The translations under genes were made by a program, and so were the position numbers. A stretch of 11,221 bases of DNA, from contig NW_003314577.1 in the NCBI RefSeq assembly GCF_000143415.4, positions 1 to 11,221 of the forward strand. Direction: 5' to 3'. Shown piece by piece: positions 7,479-11,221 of this stretch. Each line of letters starts with the position of its first letter. Within the stretch, counting starts at the first letter, position 1. The notes below the pieces were generated by a model. The model had not been told where the DNA came from and searched no databases. It saw only the letters and a list, made by a program, of their open reading frames with translations. This DNA comes from Selaginella moellendorffii. Lineage: Eukaryota > Plantae > Lycopodiophyta.

Positions 7479-9188
7479 TTAAGTGTCAAGTCCAACTATA
7501 AAAAACTTCAATTTTTCGGTATCTCTATAGCTCTCGAGCTTGCAACAAACCTTCAGATTGTACATCTTTGATCGAATAGAATCCATTATGGCTGAAAAAC
7601 TAGTATAATCATCATCTTGTAGCGCAGCCAGCTTACATGCAGGCATCCCTACAATTTCATTAGCAGCATCATCAAATGCAACCGCCCATATATGTCCAGT
7701 GCTGTCCAGAATACACAAGTGTAGTGCATATTTGAGCTGAATATCTCCAGAATCACTGTCACAAGAATTGCATTGCCACATACTTTCCGAAACCTGAGTA
7801 ACCTTCTTGCTACATTGCCTTCCATTGACAACCTTCATGCATGCTGGGTAATAGAAGTCACCAGTCTGGATTTCTTTCACTGACACAATAACACGAAAAA
7901 TAGCGGAGAACTCGGAAACCTTCAGGTTGATAGACAACATCTCAGATACTGTCTTTGTACCATAAATCACTGCTTTAGAAGAAGAGTTGGTCACATGGAC
8001 AAAATTGGTTGTGTCGTAGCTAGCAACCATCCATTCATGCAGCCATGAGACATCTTCTAATTCAGGATCAACTAAAAGGGTAGAGCCACCTGTGACTGAA
8101 ATAGACTTGCCATTGTAATCTGAAATCCGGCCACCCTTCATGCATACAATAGGCCTCTCCCCTCGACCAAGTTTCTCCTCAATTTCCAAACCTTCATCTT
8201 CGGCCTTTTAAGAACAACATTTGGAATACGTAGATCGTCCTCCACACGCTTGATCTCCATAGTCTTGCTTGCTTTTATCTCCCAATTTGATTTATATGGT
8301 GTATATGCTGGTTTAGAGTGCTGCACACCACTGTACCCTGAAAATATATAGACACTGCCTTGCTCAATCTCGCTTGAAAGACGCTTTGCATTCTCACCAA
8401 ATCCAACAATACATATTTTAGAACTTTCTGCATCGGCAACATCAACTGACATAACACACCCAACTGTGCCTGTTTCAAAGAATACAAGTTTCCCTTTGTG
8501 TGTCACCCTGGCGCGTAAAGACCAACGGTAGCAGTGGTCGTTGATATCCTTAATAGGCATCTCATTGATCATGAGCTTCTTAGAACTCTCTCCCTTAACA
8601 TGAAACAGAGAAAAAAAAATGTAATAATAAATCACAAATCAAATGTTTTGCATGCATAAAACTAGAAGAAATCATTAAAAAAATGGTAATGTACCTTATG
8701 ATTAAACTTCTGACTTCTTTTTTTACCCTTAGAAAATAAACACTGCTAAGTCAGATAAAAAAAAATATAAAGAAAGAAAGAATAAATATTTACTGTTAAA
8801 GGATCCCCAGCAACATCTTTCGCTGGTATTTGTTTCCATTCACCACACTCCATAAAGGACAGGTCCAAAACAATGAGTGACATATCAAAATATGTTATAA
8901 AATGGAAATGTAAACAGGGACAACATTCTCTTTTCCATTTGTTGTGCAAAAACCATAATCAGTAAATCTCACAAGACTATTTACACGGACATCCCAAGAG
9001 TCTATGGCACTTGACACACAATAAGAACCAAATGCCTCCAAGCATTCCTTCTCATCTGTTACACAGAATCTTCCCACTAAATCTCCAGGTTTGGAATCAA
9101 TCTTTGTAATACGCAGGACAATCTCATCTGTGGAATTGTCCTTAATCTTTTTTATGCCATCCACCGTGCATCTCACGTGGTCTCCCAT
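7479..9188 (-). pseudogene. RPA1: Replication protein A 70-kDa subunit (RPA1/RPA70)-like, Helitron-type; spliced, internally deleted and frameshifted
   Basis: RPA70N-like OB at 9188-~8830; introns 8793-8728 and 8694-8594 (GT-AG, phase 0) flank a 33-nt exon at 8727-8695. DBD-A: RWSLRARVTHKG...DVADAESSKICIVGF...IEQGSVY...IP. DBD-B tail: GGRISDYNGKSIS...VDPE...LHEW. DBD-C: FYYPAC-x8-CSKKV...WQCNSC...ILDSTGHIWAVAFDDAANEIVG. Stop at 7479. Confidence 0.92.
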
Positions 9189-9209
9189 CGTCTCTAAGAA
9201 TTGATTTCA

Positions 9210-9218
9210 AAACCCTAA
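9210..9218 (+). promoter_or_regulatory. Telo-box (AAACCCTAA) just upstream of the RPA-like start codon
   Basis: Exact motif about 22 nt 5' of ATG 9188. Function is not demonstrated. Confidence 0.35.
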
Positions 9219-9468
9219 CTTACAAATTATGTACCCCTTCATGTCAATAAATGCGCTGCCCAATGTACTGCATATCAAAGGCACTTATATTGTATGAGGA
9301 ACATGTATATATATGTTATGATTACCTTCAATAATTACATGTATTAAAACTATGTATGTATGTACCTAATCAGGCAGTGAGCTATATTGTTCTGAATGAG
9401 TTTTTAATTTATTCAATATGAAAACTTACCATTCATTAAATAACAGTGCTGTTCTGTGCCAACATTAA

Positions 9469-9494
9469 TGCATTCGATTTGTGCATTCGATTTG
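9469..9494. repeat. 13-bp perfect tandem duplication (TGCATTCGATTTG x2)
   Basis: Seen directly. Confidence 0.85.
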
Positions 9495-9877
9495 TCTCAT
9501 GATGTTATGGTTTAATCTCTTGCTTGCTATTACAGTGAGAAATGGGCATTGTGTGGCTGGAAACGGTCTTAAAAAGTGATATCCATGTCACTCTATGAAA
9601 ATTAAGTCATTAAAAAAAGGAAACAGTATATTTTTCTAGACTGATCTGATCTGTGATCTTAAATCTATAAACTATGATCTTATACAAAAACTAAAAGAAA
9701 AGAAAGGACAATGGAAGTAAGATAAATAGCAAAATTTGAGCATTCTATGCTGGATACAAAAGATGAATGGTCGTCTTGGTTTTGCTCTTTTACTGGCTTA
9801 AAACAATTATTAAAACATGATATAGATTAGTGACATTACAATAGTAATATGTATGAGACATTTCATAGGGGAATTTT

Positions 9878-10327
9878 TTACAAATCTAATTGACCATCGT
9901 AATTTCCAAAGAACACAAAGACCTCATTCCTGTTTGCGAGACAAAGCCTTCTGAGCCAAAGTACCGATTTTTCTTTTTTTCTTAGATACCTCTGTCGCCA
10001 CTCGTGAAGTGCTCTTATCACCATCTGAAAGCATTGTCGCAGAGGCTTCCACTGCATAATCACATATGTTCTCACTTGGTACCAATGTCAAAATGTTGCT
10101 ATGGCCTCATGCTCGCCTTGTATAAGGTCAAAAACTTTTCCACATCTGTAACTTTTTGGGGAATTTTCCCAAAAGTCCTCTACCATTTGAGGCGAACAAT
10201 GGAACAATGGGATTCCATTCGAAAATTCGGTATTGTCAGTATGTGGTCTTGGCAAAAATCATGACAAAGAATCAAAAGGAGAGATTTGAACCTTGCATTT
10301 CAAAATAATAACTTGGTATCACTGCAT
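9878..10327 (-). pseudogene. Decayed ORF of unknown function (149 codons)
   Basis: ATG 10327 to TAA 9878 in one frame, with only three internal stops, all TGA (10321, 10261, 10090): MQ*YQVIILKCKVQISPFDSLS*FLPRPHTDNTEFSNGIPLFHCSPQMVEDFWENSPKSYRCGKVFDLIQGEHEAIATF*HWYQVRTYVIMQWKPLRQCFQMVIRALHEWRQRYLRKKEKSVLWLRRLCLANRNEVFVFFGNYDGQLDL. GC content is higher than in the flanks. Confidence 0.55.
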
Positions 10328-11221
10328 TTTGTCTGCCAAACGGACTTGGCCAGTTTAAGGAAGATGTTTAAAAACCTTTTTCCTTTATTTAAACTTTTTT
10401 GTATCTTTTAGTGAGTCATTCTTTTTGGTTGCATATAATCCACCATTCTTCCTTGGAAACTCAATATATAAATTTTATATCACTATATTATAATCATCTA
10501 TGATTTATCATTTATCATTTATCTGATAACAAATTATAATGCATCTGATAAATTTAACCTTGTATACAATAAAATTATAAAAGAAGATCTATTTATCTTA
10601 GGTATGTTATGTCTCCCAGCGGAGCTGGGGTCTAAATAAATATTTCATCCAGGTCATCATTCTGATATATAGTCAGTTCTATTCAAATAATGATTTATTT
10701 AATTAATATTTATAATTTATTCCATTTATAGAAGATCCAAGACTTCACTCAACAATCAGAGTTTTAAATGTGATATAATGTTATGAGTTATATTTATTAC
10801 GTTATGATGTGTGCTGGTGATAGAGTCAATTGTAGATGGGATTTTTAATATAAAGATTATAAAGGTTATCAATATTTTTATATTAAAAATTACAATTAAA
10901 ATTACAACTCTTTGAAATTACTAAGACATTAGTAATAAACATGATTGTTCCTTATTGGCTATTACTTCTGCCAAAAGTTTTTTTATACTTCTGTATGTAT
11001 AAAGGATTTAAAGTAAGCTGCTGCTGCTTCTTTTTTCCATTTTTCTTAGTGTATTGAAAGGTTTATTCTTATACTTATATAATAGATAAATAATCTTCAT
11101 GGCTCCTTATGACAATGTAGAAATAATACTATGGAATGACAAATCATGGAAATATAGGAAAGATAAAGTAAAATGTCTAATTTCACCATCAGCTCTAGAT
11201 ATTAAAATATTTCAAGAAAAT

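Larger units (their letters stand above)
5075..10327 (-). mobile_element. Defective Helitron (rolling-circle transposon), minimal extent; termini not identified
   Basis: Co-oriented RepHel N-terminus, RPA70-like gene and captured exons. Plant Helitrons are known to encode RPA70-like ssDNA-binding proteins and to capture host exons. Confidence 0.75.

Noticed and set aside
7479-9188. Functional host RPA1 gene
   Set aside because: It is divergent from canonical RPA1, has a frameshifting DBD-B deletion and a damaged first intron, and is linked to a Helitron RepHel fragment.
6455-10264. Small ORFs 6455-6637, 6685-6912, 6898-7089, 7062-7247, 7649-7831, 8275-8487 and 10004-10264
   Set aside because: Mostly alternative-frame or antisense overlaps of better-supported genes, and none shows independent motifs.
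4044-10327. TGA read-through or alternative genetic code
   Set aside because: The context is nuclear with spliceosomal introns, and frameshifts and deletions co-occur. Methyl-C deamination is the simpler explanation.

Overview
AT-rich, intron-bearing eukaryotic DNA, most likely land-plant heterochromatin (a moss such as Physcomitrium is plausible but not provable). I find no intact host gene. Left (1-3411, +): the 3' part of a Ty3/gypsy-type LTR retrotransposon with a heavily eroded pol (integrase motifs still colinear), two PPT-like tracts and a TG...CA-bounded 555-bp LTR. It abuts a ~300-bp fold-back inverted-repeat array (3421-3726). Right (~4.0-10.3 kb, all on -): a decayed Helitron-type gene cluster. 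In transcription order it holds an unknown 149-codon ORF, a spliced RPA70-like gene with most of DBD-B deleted, a second smaller zinc-ribbon (probably OB-fold) gene, captured host exons (class III peroxidase exon 2, plus two spliceable exons of another gene), the truncated N-terminus of the Rep/Helicase, and another unknown decayed ORF. Nine of the ten internal stops in four reconstructed frames are TGA, consistent with methyl-C deamination. All protein identifications come from motif recognition by eye, not from database searches.
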